DNA of 64,000 nt, from positions 62,799 through 126,798 of the forward strand of contig JBPOGF010000014.1 in assembly GCA_051251915.1 (NCBI GenBank), written 5' to 3'. The stretch's first letter is position 1, and each line of letters opens with the position of its first letter. Positions 17,881 to 27,481 of this stretch are shown piece by piece. Under the pieces are notes generated by a model, which had not been told where the DNA came from, did not search any database, and saw nothing but the letters and a program-made list of their open reading frames with translations. The translations under genes and the position numbers were made by a program. Origin of the DNA: Akkermansiaceae bacterium. Lineage in GTDB: Bacteria; Verrucomicrobiota; Verrucomicrobiia; Verrucomicrobiales; Akkermansiaceae.

Positions 17881-20382
17881 ATGAACAAATCAAAACTTAT
17901 CACTCTAGCGTTAGCTTTTGCACTACCTGGCCATGCTGACGAGCACGTGAATATTTCTGGTGTGTATCCACACCTTGCGATGACGAACAATGAACGCTCG
18001 GAAGTCGGTATCGGAGCTATCGTTCCGTGGGCGGATCGACTCTGGGCTATTACTTACACTGGACATCAACCCAGAGGATCTACGGATAAACTCTACGAAA
18101 TCACTCCTTCACTAGACCTCATTACGCGCAAAGAAAGCATCGGAGGTACACCTGCAAACCGCTTTATTCACAAGGCGTCTCAGCAGCTCAACATCGGACC
18201 CTATTTTATTGATGCCGAGCGCAATGTTCGCGTCCTTCCATACTCAAAGGCACCTGGTCGCCCTACTGGAACGGCTGCTCACCTCACAGATCCAGAAAAC
18301 CGACTCTACATCATGACGATGGAAAATGCGGTTTATGATGTCAACGTTCACGACCTTTCCTTCATCACCCGCTATCCCGATGTGCAGCAAAAAGGAGATC
18401 GCTTTCTCCACGGTTACCACGGTAAAGGTTTCTATTCTGGACAGGGGAAAGTAGTAGCGGCCAATAATGGCAGGCCTAAGAATCAGGGATATCCGACTGG
18501 AGAAATTGGAGTGCTGGCTACATGGGATGGCACCACCGTGGCTGATAATGGCGGTAGTTATTTCAAAGCCAACGATGCCAACAAAGGAGAAGGTGACGGT
18601 ACGGGTGCTCCAGTGGCACCAAAGCCGGAGTATATGGCCGGCTGGAAGCAGCACTACAAAGTTCAGCACTGCGAAGTCACTGGGCCTGGGGGCATTTATG
18701 GAGCAGAAAATCCAGCTACTGACCCGATCTGGGCGTCTGGATTCGATGACAAATCGGTTGTTGTTCGGGTCATGGAAGATGGAAAAACTTGGAACACTTG
18801 GCGTCTGCCAAAAGGTTCCTACACTCACGATGGTTCACACGGTTGGCACACCGAGTGGCCTAGGATCCGCCAGCTTGATCCAGCTGATCCTAAATCACCT
18901 TACTTGATGCACATGCATGGAATTTTCTATGATTTTCCAAAGACATTTTCAGCTGCGAATTTCTCAGGACTAAGCCCGATCTGCACGTACTATAAGATGC
19001 CGACTGACTATTGCATGTTCAACGGCAAGCTAGTCATGGGCAAAGATGACGCTTCATTTTTTCAAAACCCGCTTACGCTTCGCACCCAATCCAATCTCTG
19101 GTTTGGACAGCTCGAAGACTTCAAGGACTGGGGGGCTCCTACTGGCCACGGTGCGGTGTGGAAAAATGAAACTGTGAATAGTGGTGAGGTCTCAGAGCCA
19201 TTCCTGATCAATGGATTTGCTCAAGGCACACTGCACCTTCGCAACAACAGCGACACCTCCACTCCGATCCAGATCCAGACTGGTAATGGAGACGGAAAAT
19301 GGACTATTCAACGCACAGTTAAGGTTCCTGCGAATGGCTACCTTGCAGAGAACATTAATGATTTGACTCAAGAATGGGTGCGTCTAACAGCGGATGCTAC
19401 TTCTAAGGATCTCACGGCATTCTTCATCCTTACTAATCCCTATCCGCACACCGCAGAGACTGATGAGTATGCTGCATTAGCAGACATTTCTGATCAAAAG
19501 GATTACAGCGATGGTCTACTACGCGTCATGGCTAGCTCTAAATTAGAATTGGAATTGGCCAGTTCAGCGAGCTCTGGTTACCACATTATTGGTGGTGATC
19601 TCAATCTCAACGTCACGGATAATCCAAAAGCCGAGGAAAAACTGCGTAAGGCGGCTGCAACTACCAAGCCATTCCACGCCGACGCAGCTTCAGTCTGGGT
19701 AGTATCTGGGAAGAAGAAATTACGTTTACCACGACTTGACCCAGCGTATGATGAGCCATTCGCTTCTGGTTGGCCGCGTGGTTTCCGCGAGATTGTGACC
19801 GAGCGTAGTTTGCTAAATTGTCATGGCTCTTTCTACGAAATCCCTCGTACTAACTCCGGTGGTCGCTACCGGATGCGCCCTATCAGTACCCATGGAAAAC
19901 GCATCACAGACTTTGCTGCATGGCGTGGACTGCTCGTCTTCACAGGAGTGCTGGATGATGCTCCATCATCCACTCGTCTGGTGCGCAATGCCGAAGGGGC
20001 AGCTCTCTGGCTGGGTGAAACCGATGATATTTGGCAAATGGGAGAACCTCGTGGTTACGGAGGTCCGTGGTTAGACACCGTGGTCAAAGCCGATACAGCT
20101 TCTGACCCTTACCTGATGTATGGCTATGACAAGAAAGTGCTAGAAATTTCACATAAGTCGGAAAAAGACGTTAACTTCACTATTGAAGTCGACTTCCTAG
20201 CCGATGATAGCTGGTCCACCTACGAAACATTTACTGTTCCCGCAGGTGAAACCTTCAAGCACACCTTCCCTGAGGGATACCGTGCTCATTGGGTGCGTGT
20301 GAAGGCTGATACAGGAACGACAGCGAGTGTGCAGTTTACTTATGGTAATTTAACTAAAGGCGATACGGCTGTTGACGAATAA
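17881..20382 (+). CDS. Large secreted protein of unknown function
   Basis: 833-aa ORF with signal peptide; rich in W/G/H; no motif I can assign. Confidence 0.75.
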   Translation: MNKSKLITLALAFALPGHADEHVNISGVYPHLAMTNNERSEVGIGAIVPWADRLWAITYTGHQPRGSTDKLYEITPSLDLITRKESIGGTPANRFIHKASQQLNIGPYFIDAERNVRVLPYSKAPGRPTGTAAHLTDPENRLYIMTMENAVYDVNVHDLSFITRYPDVQQKGDRFLHGYHGKGFYSGQGKVVAANNGRPKNQGYPTGEIGVLATWDGTTVADNGGSYFKANDANKGEGDGTGAPVAPKPEYMAGWKQHYKVQHCEVTGPGGIYGAENPATDPIWASGFDDKSVVVRVMEDGKTWNTWRLPKGSYTHDGSHGWHTEWPRIRQLDPADPKSPYLMHMHGIFYDFPKTFSAANFSGLSPICTYYKMPTDYCMFNGKLVMGKDDASFFQNPLTLRTQSNLWFGQLEDFKDWGAPTGHGAVWKNETVNSGEVSEPFLINGFAQGTLHLRNNSDTSTPIQIQTGNGDGKWTIQRTVKVPANGYLAENINDLTQEWVRLTADATSKDLTAFFILTNPYPHTAETDEYAALADISDQKDYSDGLLRVMASSKLELELASSASSGYHIIGGDLNLNVTDNPKAEEKLRKAAATTKPFHADAASVWVVSGKKKLRLPRLDPAYDEPFASGWPRGFREIVTERSLLNCHGSFYEIPRTNSGGRYRMRPISTHGKRITDFAAWRGLLVFTGVLDDAPSSTRLVRNAEGAALWLGETDDIWQMGEPRGYGGPWLDTVVKADTASDPYLMYGYDKKVLEISHKSEKDVNFTIEVDFLADDSWSTYETFTVPAGETFKHTFPEGYRAHWVRVKADTGTTASVQFTYGNLTKGDTAVDE

Positions 20383-20448
20383 AAGTGGTATCTTAGTGTG
20401 AATATGACTCCTGACGACAACTTCTGAGCGAGAGACAAAAAATAATTA

Positions 20449-21021
20449 ATGCTAAGCATGAATACAGTCACGGACACAGACCTTTTGATTAAAGCTCAGG
20501 AGGGGAGTCTGGATGCCTTCACTGAGATGGTGAAACGCTACCAGAGTAATGTGCGTGCCTGTCTCGCAGTGAGGCTCACTGATAAACACGAAGCTGAGGA
20601 TCTGGCTCAGGAAGCTTTTATTATCGCGTTTCGAAAGTTGAGTGAATTTGATGCTGATCGCGCCTTTGGACCATGGGTTAGGTCGATCGCGCTGAACCTG
20701 CTACGTAACCACTGGCGGAAACACAAGGCAGCATGCATTGGAGGTGCTGCTGAGTTGGATGTCTTGGTCAACGAGCAGATTGCGCTAAACCATTCGATTG
20801 ATAATGAGAGTGATCGATTAGAAGCCTTGAAACGCTGTGTCACCAAGCTTGATGAACCGATGCGTAAGCTCCTAGAGCTGCGCTATTATAAGTGTCAAAC
20901 GATTGGGGAACTAAAGACAGAGTTGAATGTCAATCATTCCACGGTCACCATGCGCTTGTACCGTCTCCGAGAAATTCTCCATAAGTGTATTCTGCAACAA
21001 ACCGGAGGTGTAGAAGCATGA
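20449..21021 (+). CDS. ECF-family RNA polymerase sigma-70 factor
   Basis: AEDLAQEAF...FGPWVRSIALN region 2; LELRYY...TVTMRLYRLR region 4. Confidence 0.92.
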   Translation: MLSMNTVTDTDLLIKAQEGSLDAFTEMVKRYQSNVRACLAVRLTDKHEAEDLAQEAFIIAFRKLSEFDADRAFGPWVRSIALNLLRNHWRKHKAACIGGAAELDVLVNEQIALNHSIDNESDRLEALKRCVTKLDEPMRKLLELRYYKCQTIGELKTELNVNHSTVTMRLYRLREILHKCILQQTGGVEA

Positions 21022-22607
21022 AGCAGGAACATCAAACACTTATTGCAGCCTATCTAGCTGGCGACCCTGTCTCTGATGATTTATTGGTAGCCTGCCGAGA
21101 AAATCCTGAGGTGCTCAAGGCGTTGGCTGAATTGGAAGCCGTGGACCGCTTACTGTATCTTGAGGCAGGAGAAGACGATGAAGAGGTATTTGCTGACGAG
21201 GTGCGTCAACGCCTGGAGACCAGTGAGGATGAATCTTTTAGCCAAGCAGTGCGAAAGCGACTGGAACGTAAGAAGAGTAAACGTGTTTTATGGTTCGTTC
21301 CTTTAGCCGCGGCAGCTTGTCTAGCGCTTTCGTACTTAGGTTTTCAAAGCCTTAATACAGAATCTTACATTCATGTAGAACAGGCACTTGGAAAGGTGAC
21401 TGATACTAGAGATGCTGAGTGGTTAGATGCTGTTAGAATTTCTGGGGATGAGCTTAAAAAAGGCATCATAAGTTTGAGACACGGCTATTCAGAAATCACC
21501 TTGGAAAATGGGGTTATTTTAGTTCTGGAGGCACCTGTTGAGATTGAAATAGAGTCCATGGCACTAATCCGCTTAGTAAAGGGGAGACTGGTGGCTAAGG
21601 TGCCTGAAAATGCGATTGGATTTACTGTGATGACGCCGAGTTCGGAGATTGTTGATCTGGGCACAGAATTTGGAATGTCAGTCGATGATAAAGGAGCTTC
21701 CGAGGTGCACGTGCTGGAGGGGGAAGTAAAAGCGCGACCGCTTTACAGTAAGGATTTCACTCATCTTCTGCAGAACGAAGCGATGGCTTTCAAGGAAAAG
21801 AATCTTGCATCAAGGATGAAAAGTCAGCCGGAAACATATTTGCGATCTCTACCTGGGCGTTCCTCAGATAATCCAGAATACCTACACTGGTCCTGTGATG
21901 AAGGTAGTGATGAATTGACATGTGATGGCGCCGGCATTGCTGGGCAGTTTTTCCCAGGGATACTTAAGTCTCTAGAGGGTGGGACTTTACCTGAGTATGC
22001 CAATGGTCAGTTTGGAGAAGCTCTCTATTTCAACGGAGAGAGCTCCTACGTAGAGACAGAATTTTCTGGTATCGGTGGCACGGCACCTAGGACAGTGGCT
22101 TTCTGGGCCAAGGTGCCTAAGGATTTTAACACACGCAATGGGTACGGGATGTTGGGTTGGGGGCTCATCTCTGAAAAAGGCTCAGCGTGGCAAATCTCAC
22201 CAAACCCCACTAAGAAAGAGGGTCCACTAGGGAGACTTCGCATGGGAACGTATGGGGCTCCAGTTATAGGGACTACGGATTTAAGAGATAATCGTTGGCA
22301 TCACATCGCGGTCGTGATGTATGGTGGTAAAACTGCGAATTCATCCACCCATATTTTGCTGTATGTCGATGGTAGGCTCGAAACGACTTCTGTGAAAGCG
22401 ATAGCGGCTATCGATACCAAATTAGCGCATCCCAAGTCTCGTTCGCTGATGATGGGACGCAATCTCTCTTTTGCTGAAGATGACCAAAAAATCAAAGATA
22501 GGTTCTTCAAAGGTTGGTTGGATGAGATTTTCGTCTTTGACACAGCTTTAGAGCTGGAGCAGATTCAGTGTTTAATGGAGTCTAATCAGTGGGTAGGTGG
22601 TAAATAG
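21018..22607 (+). CDS. FecR-like anti-sigma factor with C-terminal LamG/ConA-like domain
   Basis: ATGA overlap with the sigma gene; single TM; VDLGTEFG and VHVLEGEV (FecR); WHHIAV, LYVDG, F.GWLDE (LamG). Confidence 0.85.
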   Translation: MKQEHQTLIAAYLAGDPVSDDLLVACRENPEVLKALAELEAVDRLLYLEAGEDDEEVFADEVRQRLETSEDESFSQAVRKRLERKKSKRVLWFVPLAAAACLALSYLGFQSLNTESYIHVEQALGKVTDTRDAEWLDAVRISGDELKKGIISLRHGYSEITLENGVILVLEAPVEIEIESMALIRLVKGRLVAKVPENAIGFTVMTPSSEIVDLGTEFGMSVDDKGASEVHVLEGEVKARPLYSKDFTHLLQNEAMAFKEKNLASRMKSQPETYLRSLPGRSSDNPEYLHWSCDEGSDELTCDGAGIAGQFFPGILKSLEGGTLPEYANGQFGEALYFNGESSYVETEFSGIGGTAPRTVAFWAKVPKDFNTRNGYGMLGWGLISEKGSAWQISPNPTKKEGPLGRLRMGTYGAPVIGTTDLRDNRWHHIAVVMYGGKTANSSTHILLYVDGRLETTSVKAIAAIDTKLAHPKSRSLMMGRNLSFAEDDQKIKDRFFKGWLDEIFVFDTALELEQIQCLMESNQWVGGK

Positions 22608-22762
22608 CATTTAATTCACGGAGATATGCTTATTGCTACATATGGTAATTATCATCTTGAAATGTTCGATATTGCGGACCTATCCAAGGAACAATTTTTA
22701 TCTGAGAACTCAAAAGAGGCCTAAATAGTAAGCAACAACCTAAGTAATTTATCCAAAGATCT

Positions 22763-24333
22763 ATGAAGTTCATGAGTTTTTTAATACTACTAGCTACGCT
22801 TCCCGTATTCGCGGTGAAACCAAACATTATCGTCATTTTGACAGATGACATGGGTTACTCGGATATAGGCTGCTATGGTAGCGAGATCGAAACGCCGAAT
22901 CTGGATGCACTTGCTACAAATGGATTGAGGTTTTCTCAGTTTTATAACACTAGCCGCTGTAGTCCTACGCGTTCTAGTCTTATCACTGGGCTGTATTCGC
23001 ATCAAGCGGGTATGGGTTTGCTGACGAAAGACGAAGGTCCACAGAATCCGGGCTACCGTGGTAGGTTGATGGAGCGCAGTGTTACGATAGCTGAGGTGCT
23101 CGGAAGTGTAGGTTATCGCTCTATTATCACGGGGAAATGGCATATGGGTGATGCGAAGAAGGAGTGGCTTCCGTTGGCTCGTGGGTTTGATCGTTTCTAT
23201 GGCTGTCCGCAGGGTGGAGGTTTTTATTTTAAGCCATCGTCTTGGAAGGATCCGCGCAGTATCATGCGGGGGGATGAGGTGATTTATAATGAGCAGATAG
23301 ATCCACCAGAGGGTTGGTATGCAACAGACGCCTTTACTGATGAGGGGCTAAAATATGTGAAAGAGGCAGTCGAGGAGAAGAAGCCGTTTTTTGGTATCTC
23401 GCTTATAATGCACCACACTATCCATTGCAGGCAAAGGCCTCCGATATCGCGAAATATCGAGGCAGATACAAACAAGGCTGGGATGTAATTCGGCAGCAAC
23501 GCTATGAGAAACTTGTGAAGTTAGGCTTAGTGGATACCAACTGGAAACTATCTCCAAGAGGTCCAGGGATCCCAGCTTGGTATACGCTCAGCGAGAAGCA
23601 AAAAGACGAACAAGATCTGCGTATGGCGACCTACGCTGCGATGATTGATTGTGTGGATCAAAATGTGGGAAAGATCATTAAGAGTTTGAAGGAGCAAGGA
23701 GTGTATGAGAATACGCTGATCCTCTTTCTCCACGATAATGGTGGTGACATCTCTGGCGGCGTCCTTGGCCAAAGCAAAGGCGAGACCGGCACCGCTGATT
23801 CTCTAGCTCACTACGGAACATGCTGGGCGAATGTTTCTGATGTGCCCTTTCAGAAATACAAGGGGATGGTGCACGAAGGGGGGATATCGACTCCGTTGAT
23901 CGCTCATTGGCCGGAGGGGATTGATTCTTCGCTGAATGGTAAGGTAGCGAATGAGCCGGCACACCTGATAGATGTGATGGCTAGTTTTGTGGATATAACG
24001 GGTGCTATGTATCCTATGAATTTTAAGGGCTATGAGATTATTCCGATGGAGGGCGAGAGTCTTGTGCCTGTTTTCCGCGGCAAGACGTTACAGCGTGAAA
24101 AAGCTATTTTTTTTGAACATGGGGGGAACCGAGCGGTGCGGCATGGAAAATGGAAAATAGTGGCGAGCAAAGGGAACGCTTGGGAGCTTTACGATATGGA
24201 TGCTGACAGGACCGAGTTGAATAATCTGGCTAAAGAGATGCCTGAAATGGTAAAGAAGTTGTCAGAGCAATACAGAGCGTGGGCAGACCGCGCTTTTGTG
24301 AACCGAGCGATGAAAAAGAATCGTAAAAAGTAG
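22763..24333 (+). pseudogene. Arylsulfatase split by a one-base frameshift (ORFs 22763-23488 and 23425-24333)
   Basis: CSPTR motif in the first half. Adding one T to the T6 run at 23387-23392 restores KPFFWYLAYNAPHYPLQ and joins the halves. Confidence 0.85.
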
Positions 24334-24366
24334 TTAGAAAACGATCAAGTAGGGAGTATAAAAATT

Positions 24367-25305
24367 ATGAACCATCAGAAAACTATCAAACGAATTGTGC
24401 TTATTATAAGCGTTCTATGTGTCACGAATGCTGGTGCAAAGGAAAAGCCAACATGGGAGCAGGTGATGAAGGCTACGGAGAAGCGTGCGGATGTGTATAA
24501 GGCGAAGTATCCGAAAGTGCGGTCTGAGCGTATTGTTTTCAAGACGGTGAAGTTAGCTAATGGTAAGGTTTTGGACCTTGATCTGCATATTGAGAGACCT
24601 ATGGGTGATGGGCCTTTTCCTGTGGTGTTTTATGTTCATGGCGGAGGCTGGGGCGGGGGGAGTAAGTCTCAATTTACGCATCAGTCATTTGAGTTAGCTG
24701 ATCATGGCATAGCGGGTGTGCGGATGGAGTATAGGCTGAAGGGGCCTGGGGTGAAGTTTCCGGAGGCGATTAGTGATGTGATGGACTCGATTGATTTTAT
24801 TCGGAAGAAAGCGGATGAGTTGGATTTAGATTTTACTAAGGTGGGGTTAGCTGGTGGATCTGCGGGTGGGCATCTTTCTGCGATAGCTGCTCAGCTTACG
24901 CCGGAGTGTGTTTGTTATGATGGGTTTAATGGTTTGTTTGATGTGGTTGATAGGGATGGTAGTAATTTCGGTGGTGGTGACTACACGGGGAAGACTAAGG
25001 AAGAAAAGAAGAAGGCATCAGCGTTTCATATGGTGAAGGCGACACCGCCAGATACTTTCCTTTATCATGGGACGAAGGATAATACGGTTAAGATTAAGCA
25101 GTCGCATCGTTTTGCGGAGGCGATCATAAAGAAAGGTGGTAACGCGGAAGTGCTTTCTTATGAGGGGGCGGGGCATTCTTTTTTCAATAAGGAGCCTTAT
25201 CTTAATGCGACGACTCAGGCTATGTTGAGTCATGTGTCATTTGTTTTTGGGCTGACAGATGTGAAGCCAGTGTTGTCTGACTATAGTATTCCTGCTGCTA
25301 AGTAA
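24367..25305 (+). CDS. Secreted alpha/beta-hydrolase (esterase)
   Basis: HGGGW oxyanion motif, GGSAGG nucleophile elbow, HGTKD, GAGHSF. Confidence 0.88.
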   Translation: MNHQKTIKRIVLIISVLCVTNAGAKEKPTWEQVMKATEKRADVYKAKYPKVRSERIVFKTVKLANGKVLDLDLHIERPMGDGPFPVVFYVHGGGWGGGSKSQFTHQSFELADHGIAGVRMEYRLKGPGVKFPEAISDVMDSIDFIRKKADELDLDFTKVGLAGGSAGGHLSAIAAQLTPECVCYDGFNGLFDVVDRDGSNFGGGDYTGKTKEEKKKASAFHMVKATPPDTFLYHGTKDNTVKIKQSHRFAEAIIKKGGNAEVLSYEGAGHSFFNKEPYLNATTQAMLSHVSFVFGLTDVKPVLSDYSIPAAK

Positions 25306-25349
25306 CGATGGGATTGATGGCTAGTGGATTGATTTTAGCGATCAGTTGT

Positions 25350-25367
25350 TATTGAGAATCATTTTCA
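25350..25367. promoter_or_regulatory. Fur-like box upstream of the iron-uptake operon
   Basis: TATTGAGAATCATTTTCA; shares TTATTGAGAATCATT exactly with the box at 6185-6199. Confidence 0.72.
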
Positions 25368-25480
25368 CTGGACAGTAATCCATAGCGGTGCTAGATGTGC
25401 AGAGGAGAGCGTGAGCTTATTGAACTGTTTGACGCTCTGCTACCCATAAATCACGATTAACGAAACAACTATCAAATCTT

Positions 25481-26320
25481 ATGCCAAAAACATTTTCTAT
25501 CAGCCGTTTATTACCTTCATCAATGTTCGTAGCAGCTTCTCTGTTTGCTATGCAGCCATCAACTGTTCACGCACATGGTGATGTTGGCGAAGATATTAAA
25601 GATCTTCAAGCGAACATAGGTATGTATGAAGCGGACCTTCGCGTGACGATTCAGAAGTATCAAGATTTAGTAACAACTTACTCTGAGAAGGGTGCTGATG
25701 CAGTGGATACAGCGGATCTTCTGAAGTTCTGGGAAGATGCTAAGATGCACTATCCTGTTGAGCTTAATTATGTGCCTATATATGCTAAGATCTGGCAGGG
25801 TATTTATGGTATTAAAGAGGGGATTGAGAATAAGAAGCCTAAAGAAGAAGTGCAGGCAACGATGGTTCAGCTTCGTGAGGTGCTGTGGCAGGGGTTAGGT
25901 TCTGTGAAGCTTGCGGCGCAGATTCAAGCGAATGAGAAGCACACGGCTGTAGAAGGAGGAGCAGAGAAGGTGGAGGAGACACATGATGCGTCTAATCCTG
26001 TGGCAACACTTACTCTTATCATGGAGAAGTTAGACCGCATCATGGCGAAGTCTGCTGAGCGCGATTTTGAAGAATCTAAGAAAATGGTGCATGACACTTA
26101 TCTGAACCTTTTTGAGGGTGTAGAGGGTGCATTGATCGCTAAGGATGCTAAGCTTGTAGCTGACTTGGAGAAAGATTTTAACGTTGTGTTACCTAAGTTG
26201 ATCGAAGCTGAGTCATCTCTGCAAGAGATCAAGGCGGCTACTGAAGCTGTGAAGGTGAAGATTGCTAAGGCGAGAGAGCTTTTGAAAAAGGACGCTAAGG
26301 AGGCCAAAGATGCATTTTAA
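25481..26320 (+). CDS. Secreted helical protein, probable iron-binding accessory protein
   Basis: Signal peptide then HGD; YLNLFEGVEGAL...LVADLEKDF resembles soluble domains of FTR1-type permeases; first gene of the iron operon. Confidence 0.55.
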   Translation: MPKTFSISRLLPSSMFVAASLFAMQPSTVHAHGDVGEDIKDLQANIGMYEADLRVTIQKYQDLVTTYSEKGADAVDTADLLKFWEDAKMHYPVELNYVPIYAKIWQGIYGIKEGIENKKPKEEVQATMVQLREVLWQGLGSVKLAAQIQANEKHTAVEGGAEKVEETHDASNPVATLTLIMEKLDRIMAKSAERDFEESKKMVHDTYLNLFEGVEGALIAKDAKLVADLEKDFNVVLPKLIEAESSLQEIKAATEAVKVKIAKARELLKKDAKEAKDAF

Positions 26321-27374
26321 TCCCTCAAGGAGAGGTTTTATACGAACAGCTCTGGGTGCCGTGGGTTGCATGCAGGGGTTACAGCTTTCGTCTCTGGCGC
26401 AGAGTTTGAGTGCAGGTTCTGAGGATCTTGTGGGTATTTCAGTGGAGGATCTTCCAAAGCTGAATGGTAAACTTACTTTGTATTTAGGGCGTGGAGAAGG
26501 TGGGCTTTATGAGCGGATAATTAGTTCGATTCAGAAGCGCAATCCGGGTTTGAAGCTGGATATACGGCGTGGACCAACTGCGGCTTTGGCGAACACGATA
26601 GTGGCTGAGGCTAAGATGGGGTATATGCGTGCTGATGTGTTCTGGGCGGTTGATTCTGGATCTATTGGTCTGGTGGCTGGGACTGGTAAGGCGGCTAAGC
26701 TGGATAAGGTTATCACTGATCAGGTTGATGAGCGTTTTAGAAATGACAGCTGGGTTCCTGTTTCTGGTAGGATCCGGACGGTGCCATTTCATACTGGAAG
26801 GCTGAAGGCTAGTGATATTCCAGAGAGTATTGCGGATTTTGCAGATAGTGATTTAAAGGTTGGTTGGGCGCCTGCTTATGGTGCGTTTCAGTCTTTTGTG
26901 TCAGCGATGCGGATATTGCGTGGTAATGAGGCGACTAAGAAGTGGCTTATTGCGACTAAGAAGAATGCTAAGTCATACGCTGGTGAGCTAGGTGCTGTAA
27001 TGGGTGCGGCTCGTGGTGAAGTAGATGTTGCGTTTGCGAACCATTATTACACGTTACGTCTGAAGCAGGGTGATCCTGATGCTAAGGTGGATCTTGCTTT
27101 TACTAATGATGATGCGGGTTGCTTACTGAATGCTTCTGGGGCGATGTGTCTACGTGGTGGTGAGTTGGCGCAGAATTTTGTTCGTTATTTGCTTAGTCGT
27201 GAGGCACAGCAGTTTCTGTCATCTGAGGCTTATGAGATTCCGATGTTGCCTGGAATAGCGACACCGAAGGGCTTACCTGACTTGGCGAAGATACATCCAC
27301 CGAAGGTTAATCTTTCACAGTTAGCGGATCTTTCACCTACCTTGCGGTTGATGCGTGAGAGTGGTGTGTTGTAG
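26310..27374 (+). CDS. Fe3+ ABC transporter substrate-binding protein (FbpA/FutA family), Tat-exported
   Basis: SRRGFI twin-arginine leader; ADVFWAVDSG; ANHYY tyrosine pair. Confidence 0.85.
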   Translation: MHFNPSRRGFIRTALGAVGCMQGLQLSSLAQSLSAGSEDLVGISVEDLPKLNGKLTLYLGRGEGGLYERIISSIQKRNPGLKLDIRRGPTAALANTIVAEAKMGYMRADVFWAVDSGSIGLVAGTGKAAKLDKVITDQVDERFRNDSWVPVSGRIRTVPFHTGRLKASDIPESIADFADSDLKVGWAPAYGAFQSFVSAMRILRGNEATKKWLIATKKNAKSYAGELGAVMGAARGEVDVAFANHYYTLRLKQGDPDAKVDLAFTNDDAGCLLNASGAMCLRGGELAQNFVRYLLSREAQQFLSSEAYEIPMLPGIATPKGLPDLAKIHPPKVNLSQLADLSPTLRLMRESGVL

Positions 27375-27481
27375 TTTGCTGATGTGTGTTTTGGGATGCT
27401 TGGGTTTAGAGTTTGCGGGGAGTGTTTCTCGTTGAAGTATTCATTGACTAGAGTTGACTCTTAACCGTATCTTTTCCGGAC

